Made by a program: the position numbers and the translations under genes. A stretch of DNA of 64,000 bases from Azolla caroliniana (lineage: Eukaryota > Plantae > Polypodiophyta): contig JBHGNT010000010.1 of NCBI GenBank assembly GCA_043228905.1, positions 13,206,001-13,270,000 of the forward strand, in the 5' to 3' direction. Positions 62,350 through 64,000 of the stretch are shown one piece after another (the first letter of the stretch is position 1; the number at the start of each line of letters is the position of its first letter). The notes beneath the pieces were generated by a model. It had not been told where the DNA came from. It saw only the letters and a program-made list of their open reading frames with translations, and searched no databases.

Positions 62350-63405
62350 ATAGGACTAGTTATCATGCAAGGGTGTCGTGAAGGGAGGATGTTCATCCTC
62401 GACACCAATAAAGCCGGAACGGTGCTGTTCGCGAAAGGACAAAAGGTCGAGTCGGACATCAATCTGTGGCACAAGCGGTTTGACCACGTTAACTTCCCAC
62501 GTCTTCGTGAAATGCAGATGAAGAACATTGTTTTCGCCTTGCCGAAATTTCGGGGTCATAATGGCCAAGTCTGCGAATGATGTCAACTCGGGAAGCAGCA
62601 CAGATTTCCATTCCCCAATGAGCGTAATCGTAGTTGAAATCCACTAGATTTGATCCATTTGCATGTGTGGGGACCGGCACAGAACGTGAGTCTCGGTGGA
62701 AGCCGTTACTTCGTAACCTTCATCGATGACTTCACTCGGCACACCTAGGCGTGCTTGATCGCGAAAAGGAGCGAAGACTTCGCTGTTTCCTGAAGGTGAA
62801 GAACCTTGCGGAAAGGGAAACATGGCGTAAGATCAAGTGCCTATGGTCCGATGGCGGGAAGGAGTACTTCTCCAACTAGTTCACGAGTTATCTACAGAAG
62901 GGGGGAATTCGACGCGAATCCTCGTGTAGATATACGTCGGAGCAGAACGACGTAGCCGAGCGAAAGAATCAGATAATCGAAGAAGCCGCCAGGGCAATGC
63001 TTGCAGAGAAGCAAATGGCAAAGTTTTACTAGGTTGAAGCCGTAATGATGACTGTTTACTTGTAGAATCAGACCTCTGCTAATGGAGGAGTGTTGCCACA
63101 TGAGTTGTATTACGGCAAGAAGCTGAACTTGGCACACTTGAGGATTTTCGGCAAAATTACATATGTGTATGTGCCGAAGGAGAAGAGAAGGAAGCTGGAT
63201 GCCAAAGCCGAGAAGTGTATCTTGGTCAGCTATTCAGACAAGTAGAAAGGGTATAAGTGTTATAACTCCCGGACAAAGGAAGTTTGCGTAAGCTGAGATG
63301 TCGTGTTCGACGAGTCCTCTTCGTGGTACTTGCCTTCACCTCCAACACCTCAAGACTCCATTCTGAGTTCTGAAGAAGAGGTCAGCGAGGCCGAGCTGCC
63401 TCCCT
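62350..63405 (+). mobile_element. Copia integrase fragment (family A/C-like)
   Basis: LWHKRFDHVN..CE, plus degraded SDGGKEY and HLRIFG..KCILV motifs, with many stops. Confidence 0.85.
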
Positions 63406-64000
63406 AAACCCTTTTCCTCGCTAGAAGACTATGTTCACCATGCTAGAACCCAAATCCAAAAATTGGGTCTAGAAGGGGACAATTGGTTAATAGCTTGTTT
63501 TGTCAATGGCATCCCCAATTCGGACTATCACTAGATAGTGCACGATAAGGATCCAAAATCCTTCGAAGAGGCCATTGAAATAGTTCTTCGCTATCAACGC
63601 ACTTCGAGGAAGAACCACAACAAACCCAATGAAGCGCCCGGGACTAAGAAGTCGCAATTCACTGGGAAACGCAAGACACCCAACAAATTCATGGATCGCA
63701 ATTGTAAGCGACAACATCCTTTTTGCGTATTCTGCAAAAAGAAGGGTCATACAAAAGAGCAATGTCGAAAGCTCCAACAGAAAGAGCATGATAGTAATGC
63801 TAAAGTTGCAGACCATAAAGGTCAGATTCATAATGTCCTTCAAGTCTATACATATCATTTAAGTGATTGTCAATGTTCTTTCCCTCACTATGTATTGGGT
63901 CCCAATGATTTACTATGTGCAAATGGGTTATTCAATGGATCTCCCGTACAATTTTTGTTTCATTCGGGAAGCTCACACAACTTTGTGAATGATAGTTTGG
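63406..64000 (+). mobile_element. Ty3/gypsy gag-protease remnant running off the window
   Basis: Manual translation gives FVNGI..DPKSFEEAIE, zinc knuckle CVFCKKKGHTKEQC at ~63720-63765, and protease-like LFHSGSSHNFV at ~63955-63990 (catalytic D replaced by H). Confidence 0.7.

Overview
Land-plant nuclear DNA, probably from a large-genome non-seed plant such as a fern (inferred from the Tcn1-like chromovirus, the TE-filled intron and the repeat landscape). Most of the window is nested, decayed LTR retrotransposons. These comprise several Ty1/copia families, one structurally complete chromodomain Ty3/gypsy element (13073-18828), solo or truncated LTRs, a MULE-like SWIM transposase remnant and a hAT-type non-autonomous element. 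I found no TE with an intact pol reading frame. There is one host gene, a 10-exon ORTHRUS/VIM (plant UHRF1-like; PHD-RING-SRA-RING) gene at 38542-59683 (+), 786 aa as I splice it. A 15.1-kb intron packed with retroelements splits its SRA domain. Most notable observations: (1) a Tf1-type self-priming site and heat-shock-element arrays in the chromovirus LTR; (2) an inverted duplication of a copia 5' end including its flank, a candidate hairpin/siRNA locus; (3) a CUE-like C-terminal domain on the VIM protein; (4) a copia Pol tail beyond RNase H with a motif showing only synonymous change, lying between duplicated PPTs; (5) a one-ended LTR insertion flanked by a 45-bp duplication. All alignments and counts were made by eye; no database searches were run.
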